From: Rhynchopus sp. YZ270_cl-10
Lineage: Eukaryota
NCBI GenBank assembly: GCA_964035575.1
Contig: OZ037837.1
Location: 1,984,001-2,048,000, forward strand
Reading direction: 5' to 3'
DNA: 64,000 nucleotides
Position 1 is the first letter of the stretch. The number at the start of each line of letters is the position of its first letter. This document shows, in pieces, positions 34,459 through 45,800 of this stretch. The position numbers and the translations under genes are program-made. The notes under the pieces were generated by a model. That model saw only the letters and a list, made by a program, of their open reading frames with translations. It made no database searches and was not told the DNA's origin.

Positions 34459-36222
34459 ATGCAATGTCTCAATGCAGTGCTGTCGATGGACGGGACACTC
34501 AGCAGCAAGGCCAGAGAGAGGCGCACCAGGTTTTTTATCTTTGCCAGTGTGGCTCTTTGCGTGACTTTGCTGAACTTTGCAGTGTCAGTTGGCCGACAGC
34601 TGGCACACCAATGTTATCTTACCGGGACGGTGTTCACCACTTTTGGGCTTATTATTGCTGTTTGTACAGTGCTGTGCAGGATTCCATTGAAAACAGGTCC
34701 CGTGATAGCTTCGTTGTACTTGGTCACATGTGGTGTGTTGATATGGGATTTAAGTGCGCGTACAGTCTTATCAGTACAATGGCCGTTGCTTGTGCTCGTA
34801 ATCGACATGTTGCTTGTGATGCAGGTGCCTGCACGGTACAGCTTGGGACTCGTCTGTTTCATAGTCATGTGGCTTCTCCTGCTTGGTGTTGAGGAGAGCT
34901 TCAGGTTTGGTCTGTTTGAGCTGCCAGGCATGTCAGCACAAGAGGGTGAGTACGGGCGGCGGCACTTTTCTCGACTGGAGAGTGCTTGCAACACTCTGCC
35001 GTGTCCAGTTCCCTTTCCTTCTGCATCCCTGATGTCATCCGTGGCAGTCTTTGTCATTGACTTCATCGTGACTCGAGGCTTCGCACACGAAGTGCTGAAG
35101 GAGCAGGCATCAATGGAGCGGACGATCAACACTGTGCAGGAGATTGCCTCACTCCTGGCTTCCTACGACGTGGAGAAGGTGGCAGAGCTGCTGGAGGCAC
35201 ACAGAGACGAGCTGCCTGAGGGGATGAGTGCGGCACTGCGTGCGTTGGAGAAGAACCTGCGGTCATACAAAGCGTACCTGCCTCAGACGTGTCTGCTTGT
35301 GGGTGAAGAAGTGGTTGATGAAGGCAGCGAAGTGCAGTCTGAGAGTGGACGCCTCACACAAACGCTTTCTTCAAGTTCCACGTCGGAAGGTGAACATTCT
35401 GCAAAAATGCGTTACGTTCCTCTTGGACTGTCGTCTGTGAAGGCCACACTGCTGACGGTGAACATCAAAGACACGTTGCGTTTCTTGGATGAGGACTGTG
35501 CACACTTCTCCTCCTTCTTCACAACTCTTCTTCTGAAGACGTTGCAAGCAACAGAGTCATACCGTGGGATGGTGGACGTGTTCGTCGGTGACAAGGTGCA
35601 CTGCTCCTTCAACACGTCAAGGCAGTGTGCGAACCACGCCACCTCAGCACTGCGCACTGCTTCGATGCTGCTGCGGGGTTCCACGTCGCAGGTGAACATC
35701 GGTGTTGCATCTGGGAAGGTGCTGCGTGGTGAGATGGGATGTGACGTGATGCGCCGCTTCAGCATGGTGGGCACACTTGTGCGTGACGTGCATGGGATGG
35801 AACGTGCAGGACGTATCCTTGGCTGCAACGTGCTCTGCAACCGTCTGTGCTTCAGCGATGCTGAGTGTGAACACGTGCTGCGCTTGCTTCCGTGCAAGGT
35901 GGACGTGTCTGCGACCTGTGCGGAACATGAAGTGGTGGCTGAGCTTCTTCTGCACGACACACCTTCGGACAGTCCTGCAGAGGAATGGATGTATGCCATC
36001 GGGAGGAACAGTGAGTGGGAGCACTACAACACAGCAGTGCGGAAGTACCTGAGAGGCGTCGTGTCTGCAGCAGCGGTTGAAGAGGCTGCACAGGGTTGTC
36101 CTTGTTCACGAAGCCCGTTGAGCGTGCATCCCTCCACAGTGAAGGGCGGGCTTCTGAGCGTGGCCTTGGCACGACCGCTGCAGGACAATGAACGGGGTGA
36201 TGGAGTGGATAACGTCTGCTAG
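34459..36222 (+). CDS. Multi-pass membrane cyclase-like protein with a degenerate class III domain
   Basis: 587 aa with about 6 N-terminal hydrophobic helices. YKAYLPQT; FVGDKVHCSFN; GVASGKVLRGEMG; EEWMY. Confidence 0.8.
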   Translation: MQCLNAVLSMDGTLSSKARERRTRFFIFASVALCVTLLNFAVSVGRQLAHQCYLTGTVFTTFGLIIAVCTVLCRIPLKTGPVIASLYLVTCGVLIWDLSARTVLSVQWPLLVLVIDMLLVMQVPARYSLGLVCFIVMWLLLLGVEESFRFGLFELPGMSAQEGEYGRRHFSRLESACNTLPCPVPFPSASLMSSVAVFVIDFIVTRGFAHEVLKEQASMERTINTVQEIASLLASYDVEKVAELLEAHRDELPEGMSAALRALEKNLRSYKAYLPQTCLLVGEEVVDEGSEVQSESGRLTQTLSSSSTSEGEHSAKMRYVPLGLSSVKATLLTVNIKDTLRFLDEDCAHFSSFFTTLLLKTLQATESYRGMVDVFVGDKVHCSFNTSRQCANHATSALRTASMLLRGSTSQVNIGVASGKVLRGEMGCDVMRRFSMVGTLVRDVHGMERAGRILGCNVLCNRLCFSDAECEHVLRLLPCKVDVSATCAEHEVVAELLLHDTPSDSPAEEWMYAIGRNSEWEHYNTAVRKYLRGVVSAAAVEEAAQGCPCSRSPLSVHPSTVKGGLLSVALARPLQDNERGDGVDNVC

Positions 36223-37097
36223 TTGCTGCAGGATCATGCAGGGAATACGGTCACGAGAGGATGCTGTTCTTCGTTTTCCAACGCAAGATACTATAGGTAC
36301 CGTAGGCGATGAACTACTTTTTACGTTGTACTTCCCCACATGAACTGAAATAATATAAAAGTTGTCCATACCCATCCTGTTCCATTGATATGCATATTTT
36401 TAGCAGAAGGTGTGTGCATGTGTGAAACTCAGTTGTTCAGGAAAGACCTACTTTCCCCTTTTAACCATGTCGGCCTCAAAACTGTCATGTTCGGAGTGAT
36501 ACCCCAAAAATAAACAACAGCAAAAACAAAACAGTAAAACATGACTATTTATTTTAAATGAAAATCAGATAGCCTGATTTTCACGCATGGATGTGATTTT
36601 CAAGAGTGAAGTATTAGAACGAGTGAAAATCACATCCATAAGTGGAAATCGGGCTCTGATTTTGCATTTATATTGAGTTTTCCGCAAACCCGCAAACCCG
36701 CAAACCCCGTAAACTTTATTTTCATCAGATAAAAATATAAAATAAACAACACATTGACATGATCGTTGTTTCAACAAAAACATTCACAAAAACAAAAGTT
36801 TCAGATTTTCGTTTTCACAACACATGCATGCAACTTCTCTCTCCTGACCACACTTCGTTGTTCTCCTCTTCTGTTGAATAGGTGGCTATGGGTCGACACA
36901 TACAATGTCTCTTCGACGCCCGAGAAACTGCCGAGTTGGTACGCATCGGACTTTGTCTTTGTCCACTGTACCACTAGCTCCTTCCGTCGCAGGCGAAGCA
37001 CATCCCACGCGAGCCTCCCCCCCCCAACACAAAGCAATGGAGAGAAGGAGCACCACTGACCTTCCAACCCCCTCCCCCCAGCACAACACATAACATC

Positions 37098-39032
37098 ATG
37101 GACCATGCCACGCTGCTTTGCTTCACGCTCCTGTCTTGCGCGCACGTCTTGCATGCGCAACCAAACCCACCACTGCCTACCGAACTGCCCGAGACGGACA
37201 TGCCGGAGACTCCTGCACCAGAGATCGAAGGCAACTCGGTGTTGAAATGGCTGCCGATTGCGATTGACTTTGGGCTTGTGTTAGTCGCGATATGCATTGG
37301 GTGCTACTTGACACGGACTGCGGTGAGCCGTATGCGGGGCAACTCTCGGTGTGCGTCTTTTCTAGATGTGTTGCCACCTTGCACGCCGGCTGAGTTGAAG
37401 CGTCTGCTGACGTCGGACCTCCGCACCGTGTCGCCTTCAGGAAAGGAGTACAACAACCTTGAGCCTGCGAGGGCCAAGCCCGGCCTTGCGATGTCACTGC
37501 TGTGCTGGAGGCGTACGCAGCTCAGTGCGTCGATTCTGTTCAACATCGCGACCTTCGTCATCACGCTGTACACTGTCGTGGACGACGAGACGTTGGGCGT
37601 CAGTGTCCAAGAAGACGAATTGTTCAGCGACGAGCTGACCCTCAGGCGCCGCTTCAAAGAACGCATCCTCGGCCTCATCTCGCTGTGCCAGACGGTCATT
37701 GCGATGTTCTTTTACACCTTTGCGGTCTACAAATGGCACGACCTCGAACGGTCGCGCATCCTCGTTGTCGGTGGCTGGGTGCTCGTCTTCTTTATGCCGT
37801 TCATCTTCTTTACTGTGCCCTGGCTCGATATCGACTCCCCGCAAGGCTATGTAAAGGATCTGTGCAAATACCTGGTAGATATGTTGGGCTCCCTGCCGAA
37901 GGATGACTTTAGTTTCATTTACGACAAGCTGCCGATGACATCAAGCGGGATGTGTGCGGGCAACTCAAACGATATTGCGAAACGCTTCACGGAGAAGGTA
38001 ACTGTGATTGGTGGCGGTGCCTTTGGCGGGCCAATGATGACGTTCATTGGCATGGCACTGAGCTATATTGTGTACTTCCCGTTCGTGGTGGCTTCCTTTC
38101 AGGTGATGAAGACGCTTGCACCGGGTGTTCTGGGGGTGCTGATGGGAATGCAGTCGGGGCTGATGCTGAGCAAGATCATGTTTCCTGGTGTTCGTCTGAC
38201 GTCGTGGTTGCTTATCATCTTGCAGGCGTGCACGATCCCGGTTATTATGTTTTTGTGTGCTGTGATTTTGGTTGTTGTCGGCACAGTGCCTGCGATGGTG
38301 ACGGCTGTGACCTTGACAGCGAGCATGAGTCTGAACGTTGTGTTTCCCCACTCCCTGTTGCGTGCGTCCACTGCTGAGGATACGTTGCGTGTCATGCGGA
38401 AGTTTGGCCGCATCAGCTTGGTGCTCAAGGTCATTGGCCTTGGCTTCCTGGTGCTAGGCGTGCTGTCCGCACCACACCTAATAGCGCTGGCAGACGAAGG
38501 CATCAACGTTATCAAGAAAGCGCTGAAGCCGCTCACCATCGCGCGCATGGCAACATCGTTTCTTGCTGGCATGTTCACATCGAAGGTGGTCTTCGTGGAC
38601 ATTGTGCTGTACATCATTATGAGCACCTACATTGGGTGCTTTGAGGACAGTGTGGAGAGCCGTGAAGACGCGATGAAATCACTTCTTGATCTGTGCTCTA
38701 TATTCGACCGCTATGAAAACACGTACGAACATATGAGGGGTTCGGCGAACGACCTTGACCTTGAAATGCAGAAGCTGCCGACACTGTCGCTGCACACACC
38801 TGTCCCAACGCAGAAGGAAGCACCTGAGGCGGTTGCATCACCACCGGCATCGGTGGTCACATCGCCTTTGCAGGCGTCTGCAGTACATACACCTTCGACA
38901 CATGGTCAGGCTGTGTCCTTCAAGGCTTCTAACATGTTGGAGGAACCCATGCCACAGAGCCAGTCCCACATGGATGCGTCTGTCGGATCAGTGCAACAGC
39001 CACAACAGCCGCGCAGAGAGTATGCGTTCTAA
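37098..39032 (+). CDS. Hypothetical signal-peptide-bearing multi-pass membrane protein
   Basis: 644-aa ORF with about 10 hydrophobic segments, a Pro/Thr/Glu N-terminal stretch and a low-complexity tail. Confidence 0.75.
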   Translation: MDHATLLCFTLLSCAHVLHAQPNPPLPTELPETDMPETPAPEIEGNSVLKWLPIAIDFGLVLVAICIGCYLTRTAVSRMRGNSRCASFLDVLPPCTPAELKRLLTSDLRTVSPSGKEYNNLEPARAKPGLAMSLLCWRRTQLSASILFNIATFVITLYTVVDDETLGVSVQEDELFSDELTLRRRFKERILGLISLCQTVIAMFFYTFAVYKWHDLERSRILVVGGWVLVFFMPFIFFTVPWLDIDSPQGYVKDLCKYLVDMLGSLPKDDFSFIYDKLPMTSSGMCAGNSNDIAKRFTEKVTVIGGGAFGGPMMTFIGMALSYIVYFPFVVASFQVMKTLAPGVLGVLMGMQSGLMLSKIMFPGVRLTSWLLIILQACTIPVIMFLCAVILVVVGTVPAMVTAVTLTASMSLNVVFPHSLLRASTAEDTLRVMRKFGRISLVLKVIGLGFLVLGVLSAPHLIALADEGINVIKKALKPLTIARMATSFLAGMFTSKVVFVDIVLYIIMSTYIGCFEDSVESREDAMKSLLDLCSIFDRYENTYEHMRGSANDLDLEMQKLPTLSLHTPVPTQKEAPEAVASPPASVVTSPLQASAVHTPSTHGQAVSFKASNMLEEPMPQSQSHMDASVGSVQQPQQPRREYAF

Positions 39033-40122
39033 TACGACCCGTTCCAGTCCTACCTACAACCCACCACAACGTTCATCGCAAGGTGGACGTCGAGTATATA
39101 AGAAAGAGTTCGGACAGATTGTGTCATAACTGCAACTCTTCAAAATCCTCGGTAGCAGCGTGTAGGCTAGTCCATTTTGTGCGTTATTTATCTGCCCGCG
39201 GAGGCATCATCAGTTATTATCAGTTATGTATTTGTGCCCCTCCCCCAGTAGCTGCACCCCAAAAGATCGTCAAATTTGCAAGACTCATAAAAAGTGTTTA
39301 GTATAGTGGAGCTCATCCATTGGGTCTCTACACTAATACGACCAAGTTTTCAAAAAAAAAAATAAGAAAAAAAGAGACAAAAACCTGTTAAATCCTTTTG
39401 TTCAGTTGGCTTTGGCCACCATGGAGCCCCTCCCTTTCTCACACCTTGTTTCTGCGTTATTGTATCGACAGATCTGTCTGTGTAGAGCGGTCGACACACC
39501 TTTTTTGGCTGATTTAGCGGGCTCTCTGCTGTGCACGCTTACCCAAAAAACGTGTTGTTGTCAATGCTAAAAAAAAAACTTCACAGATTTTTCTTCCCCG
39601 ATTTGCTGCATATTGTTTTTTTTTGCGCTTTTTGTTTTTTTTTTTTGCGTATCTTTTTGTTATGTTTTGTCCCAAAGATAAGGCCCCTCATCTTTCAAGT
39701 TTTTTTCTTTAGTGAAACCAAAGCACAGAGAGGATTCGCTCATTTGACGAACCCTTTAACCCAGCGGACTCTCAAGATTGTAGGGAAATTCTGCTTTTTT
39801 TGTGGAGGACGTTGAGATCCCTGCTATTACCCTCCCTTTATTATTCCCCAAAGATGTACACTGCACCACAGGGTTTTCAGGAATGTTCATTAGTAAGGTG
39901 ATTTTCATGTACACTGTCATGAGTGGGCTGTTGTATTTCTAGTCAATTTTCTTGATGGATGTGACGAAGCACGATGCATACAAAATTGTCGTAGTAGATT
40001 AGTTACCTTTTAATTATCTAGATTGCACCCCTCAACAGAGGAAGTGCGATGAATCGCTCAATCCCCTAACCTGTATCGACCTTTTCAATTGGAGGGTCGT
40101 TCTTCATTCATTTATCTCTCTC

Positions 40123-40311
40123 AGCTCACAACTCTGCAGCGGCAGATGGGCCGCCGGCTGACGAGCCGTTGTACCGCCCTCGTTCTCTTACGGTACGGGC
40201 CAGTCATTAGGTTTCCTTTTACATCTTCTGTTGTTGGCCGCAGGGTACTTGTGCTTTCATCCGGATGGCTGGCATCGTACGTGGGTCAGTCGGAGGTGCC
40301 TGCATCAACAA
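40123..40311. repeat. Second copy of the ~190-bp dispersed repeat
   Basis: Matches 6339-6530. Confidence 0.7.
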
Positions 40312-40984
40312 CTATAGTTTATGTATTTTCCCTCTCCTGTTCCTCCAAAGACATGTCTGCATTTTGAAAACATGTTTTGTCACTTTGCACGGCATTTTTA
40401 TTTTACAGAACTACCATGTACGAGTTTGGAGCCAAAATTTCCATTAAAGCAAGAATTTTTCACTTTCGAGCATTTGTTGCACTTTTAGAATTTTTCCTAA
40501 CTCGCACACAAAAATTCTAAAAAACGGTGGGGATATTAGCACTGTGAGGCTTTTAGGTTCATCTAACAACACATCTGATGTGCGTGAGAGAACATTAATC
40601 CGATTTTCTCTCTTTTTTTTAAATCATCGCACACCCGCCGCAGAGCTGTGTACTGGCGTTATTTTCTTGTATACAAACATACGAAGCGGTACGCGTACGG
40701 TTTGTAAGGAAATAATACAAACCGAAATGATTGGGCTCTTTCGGATTGAATGATTTGAATAGTGTGTGTGTGTGTGTGTGTTCGGAAATATATACTGTCT
40801 CTTTTCTAGCTTGTTTAATGTTCATTGTTTTCCTTTCATTGCCCTTTGCTTGTGCTCCCCGACTCCAATTCAATCAATACTCACAGAGGGGGGCCAAAAA
40901 TACAATTAGCGTTTCTCGTTTTTCAAAAAAAAAAAAAAAAAAAAAAAAAATGCCGTTTGAGGGCAGATCTAGAGACACATTGTT

Positions 40985-42089
40985 TTGGATGAGGTGGATT
41001 GGGTGAGCGCTAGACCCTTGCCTACTCCGGCGCAGCCCGCTCTCCTTCAGCATGGTTGTGTCTTCCCCTCAGGCCCCGTCGCACATAACACGCAGTATTG
41101 CTGGATCTGCGGATACGGCGCCCATCACCAGTGTGTCAAGGATAAGCTCCCCACGCAAGCCATCGCCGCCGCTTTTCTCGTCAATTATCACACCACTGAG
41201 TTTACTTGCCCTGTATGCGCCTGGGTGGACGAGGAGCCGGCCGCTGTAGACCAGGATGCGATCCTGCCTCAGCCGCCACTACACCAGGATCCTGCGCCTG
41301 TTCCGCAGGGGGGTCCGCCTCAGGACCAGCCGCAGCCTCAGTTGGCACAGCTCATTGCACAGCTCATTGCACAGCTCATCGCACAGCGGCAGAACCAGCC
41401 GCCACCGCAGCTACCCGTACCGCAGGAACAGCAGCCGCCGTTGCACGTGGCGCAGCATCCGCAGCCGCCTGTGCTCCCGGCGCAGCATCCCGTACATCAA
41501 AACCAGCAGCAGTCAGGGCACGTGGCGCAGCATCCGCAGCCGCCTGTACTCCCGGCGCAGCTGCTAGGACAGCCGAATCAGCAGCCGCCTCCGCAGATGG
41601 CGCAGCTTCCGGCCCAGGGTCTCGCGCAGGCCATCGCAGCTACTCGGGCCTCACGCGGCCACCCGGCCGGGTCCGCAGCAGCAGCAGCAGCAGCAGCCGG
41701 CGCAGCTGATCGCGCAGCTCCTGGCCCTACCGGCCCAACAACCCCCTCCTGCCCAGCAAGCCCAGCCGCCGGCCCCGGGCGCGGCTCAGCAGCAGGGGGT
41801 TCCTCAGCTAGCGCAAGCCATGCCCCAGCCTGATGCGTTCGGGCCGCTCCTGCAGCAACTCTTGGCTCCGCAGCTGGCCCTACAAAACGTCATCCGGGAC
41901 GTCGCCCAGCTGCGGAGCCAAGCCGCACAAGTCCAGCCGCAGCTTCTGCAGGCAGCACAGCAGCTAGACCAGCCGCCCCCGTCCAGGCAGCGCAACAACA
42001 ACAGCAGCAGCAGCTTCGGCAGGCAGCGCAGTAAATGCAGCTTCTGTAGGCAGCGCAGCAACAAGGCCGACACACCGTTTTCTGCTTGA
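40985..42089 (+). pseudogene. PHD-like zinc finger + Gln/Pro-rich ORF, frameshifted
   Basis: CWICGYGAHHQC...FTCPVC. Q/P-rich coding pattern changes frame at ~41650-41670. No clear in-frame ATG at the listed start. Confidence 0.45.
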
Positions 42090-42868
42090 CGTCACACTGT
42101 TGCTTCCTTTGTAACACACAGGTGCACATTTGTTTGCAGTGCACTATAGTTTCTTTGCGCACAGTGGCGACCGTTGGGTGCACTGTTGCCTCACATTTCA
42201 CCCCGTTACGCCTATTATTTTTTTGGCGTAGCGTTTTTAGCTCAGTGTCGACTGAAGGCGGTTTGCGGTGGTGTACCCTTCTCTAATGACGGCCGCTGCT
42301 TCATCTGAGTGCGCAGCACAAGTCCAGCCGCAGCCTCAGCGACTCTTTTGTGTGATTGAGTTGAACAAACAGCAAAATAATACAAACAAACGAAAGACTC
42401 TTTTCTTTTCAAGAATAAACTTTCTCTACACCGCCAATGTACCTTCACATCAACACATTAACCATTGGCTACACACACAATCACTCTCAAGGGGTGGGTT
42501 ATCCGTTCTAGTTGAATATTTCAGGGAAGAGTTAACAATGTGCAGTCAAAGCCTAACAGCATACCTTGACACTCATCCACATCCATCGATAAGCCGTCCT
42601 CGTTTGACTTTGATTCACACTTGCAGTCTCTGAGATCCACAACAGCACCAACATCTCTGATGCGCCGTCTGCCATAACACGTTTTCTCTCTTTATCCGTC
42701 ACGTACACAAAATGCACACGTGTTATATTTACACCTGGTACCTACTTTCCCCTTTTCAGTTGTCTTCTGCTGCACGTAAGACACAGACTTGGCTGATGCA
42801 CCTATTCATAAGCATGCACCCTCACACACCCACCACACCACACACCATGCAGGAAGCAACACACCACC

Positions 42869-45800
42869 ATGTTCGGCCCACGCGAGGAGGTGCAGGCCTA
42901 CGCAAAGCAGCACAGCATCCTGAAGCTGGTCGACGAGCTTGTGAACGAGCTGCTTCAGCATAAGCCGTGCGACCCGTTGGCGCACCTGGCGTGCTACATC
43001 GACGGCCTGCGTGGGGCAGCGCCTGCGACGGACGTGGAGAAGAACAAGCTTGCGGCGGAAGGCAGCACTGCGGCGTGCGCAGAGGTGTCGCACCCCTCGA
43101 GCACATCATCATCGCTCGAAGCTGCGCTGGGGACACTCTGGGACGCGTGCAGACCCAACCACGCGACGTTCAAGGAGCGTTTCGAGGAGGACGTTTCGCA
43201 GGGCCTTCGAGATGTGCTTGCGACAGTCTTCGCGAAGACTGGGAAGGCGAAGGGACAGGCCGCGAGGGTACAGGAGGCAAAGGACACACCTGTGGAGACA
43301 CAACTGAAGTTCGATGCTTCGCCAGACGTGACGCAAGCAAATGCGGGACAAAGTGTGCAGCTGGTGGACCCCTACAGCGCCGAGTACAGACCCACGCAGA
43401 GTGTGTCGGAGGTGGTCGACGGGCTTGCGGACTGGTTCGGACCTGGACGGAAGCTGTGGCCGCGGAGTGCTGTGGACAGGGTGAAGCACAACTGCACCTT
43501 CATGCAGCACAAGCACAACTACGGGGAGGTGGCGGAGGTGGTGGTGCCGCTCTTCATCTACTCGATTGCGGTCATGACGGAGTACACGTGGGCCTTCTGG
43601 GTGGCCTCGGATGGGCACGGACGGTGGACGCCGTTCTCGTCGGCGCACGCAGTTGTGCTGGAGAAGGACTTCCTTGCGCACTGCACGAAGGACGGGACAC
43701 CCCTGTGTGGGGAGGACGAAGACCTGACACGACCACGGGGGCTGCCGCTCGCACCACTGAACAGCACCATCGCGGACGCAAGACGTGCGCTTGCAAGGGT
43801 TGCGGAGGACACGAAGGGTGCGGGTACCATTCCCAGCAGGCAGCCGGCCAGTGCCGCCTTTGAGCTGCCCACGCAGATGCAGGTGGTGTTCTGCGACGGG
43901 CGCATGGTGGGCGGCAGCAGCAGCGAGGGGGACGAACGGGGGCGTGGCTTTGCAGGGAAGGTTGATGGGGTGTTTGCGGGCTGGGAGGGGCTCACGGTCT
44001 TTGTGAGCACGCCCTTCCTTGAGGGTTGCAAATGTCGTGGTGACACCACCACCAACACCACGGACACTGCCACGGCCACCACCGACACGACCAAGGACGT
44101 GGCAAAGGAGTTCTACATAGCACGGTACAAACTGGCAGACGTGAGGGCAGAGTACGAGGATGCACACACGCAAGGCACGGCGGATGCGGAGACACTCGCG
44201 AGCCTGAAGAAACGTGTTGCGCTGCACCCGTACTCGGACTCGGTTGCGTGGCTTCCGGCCCCGTCCTGCATCTTTGAAGGCCTCCACACTGCGACGGCGG
44301 ACGTGCAGCACACACAGACGATGTCTGTGTCTCTCGCACGACTGCCCCCACCCGGTGTGCTGGAGTACTTGCAAAGCAGACGCACCTGTGAGCACCTTGA
44401 GATTGCCGAGGGTGGTCTGCACTATCTGCGTTCGGAGGATGTGTTTGCGTGCCGTGCGCGTGAGGAGAAGGTGCTGCTTGCGGGGAGAAAGCAGAAGGTG
44501 GCGGAGACAGAGACAGAAGCAGCGACAGCGTACGTCCGTTGTGACGACAGCTGCTTCTTCTGTGCGGTGGGTGCACTGAAGGACCGTTGCGTGCGCGAGA
44601 AGAACCAGCAGCAGTACGACAAAGGCTGCAAGGAAGACCTCGACGCACTGACCACCAAGCACACACAAGACTACAGCCCGTTCCAAGCGCTCGTGGCACA
44701 CAAGGTCGCCATCGCCGTGCGTGAGGCTCCCGAAGGCCAGGCACCGACGCCGCTGACGATCCTGCACGCTCTCGACATCCAGGCCGTGTACTGGTCCTCG
44801 GCAGGTGTGGCAGACTGGACACACGTGGAACCCCTGCACGCTTCGCTCTCTGGGAAGAACAAGTTCATTGCCGTACCTGGAGCAGACGGCCCACCGTGTG
44901 TGCTGTACAAATCCTGCTGCGAGTTCGCGGACCAGCCGTACTACGTCTTGAACGCGTCGATGCGTGATGCACAGAACAAGGCACACAAGACGCAGATCAC
45001 AGTGACGCGCAAGGACAAGACGAGCGAGGTCTTCTGTGCACGCAGCGTCGCGTCGCTTGGGAAGGGTATGGGCACGCTCCGCGAGGTGGCACACAAGCAC
45101 GCGAACTTGAGGACCTGCCTCAGAAACCTCATAAGGCTGTCGCACCAGACGTGCTTCGAATCCGAGACGAGCGGGACGTCGCTCTGGTACACGTCACGTG
45201 ACATCATCGACAAGAAGGACGACACCCTGCCGCCAAGCGACGAGGACTACCTGGACCCTGTGCACTACAGCGGGCTTGGCTACTACCGGTACACGGCACG
45301 GTATGACAAGGAGGCACCGGAGTACATGGAACCAAGCACGGTGAAGGTTCAAATGGGGGACTGGGTGTCGGGGCAGGTGCGGCCGCTGCTTTTCTACGTG
45401 AACGAAGCGATGAAGAAGATGTCGCCTGTGCTGTCGTACCGGGGGTGGCGGTGTGCGCCGGAGACAGAGCAGAAGTGCTACCGCGGGCTTGGGAACGCAC
45501 GCCTGCCCCCTGAGCTCTACGCAACGGGGAACGTGGTGGTGTGGTCTGCGTTCTCGTCGACGTCGACGGACCAGGGCATCTCGCAGTTCTACGCCAGCTC
45601 CGCGAGCGGGATGACTGCGTCGGTCTTCATTGTGACAGGGTCGTCTTGCAGGCTGATCGCACCCTGGAGCAGGTTCGGCCGTGAAGAGGAGTGGCTGTTC
45701 CCATTGAACTCAATGTTCAAGGTGGACTCGATGCTGACGGAGGACCAGCAGTCGATTCTCGGGAAGAAAGACTTCCAGCTCTTCGAGATCTCTGAGGTAG

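Noticed and set aside
43109..45145. Long minus-strand ORFs (also 52626-54281, 55485-56660)
   Set aside because: Antisense shadows of GC-rich coding sequence with no domain-like features.
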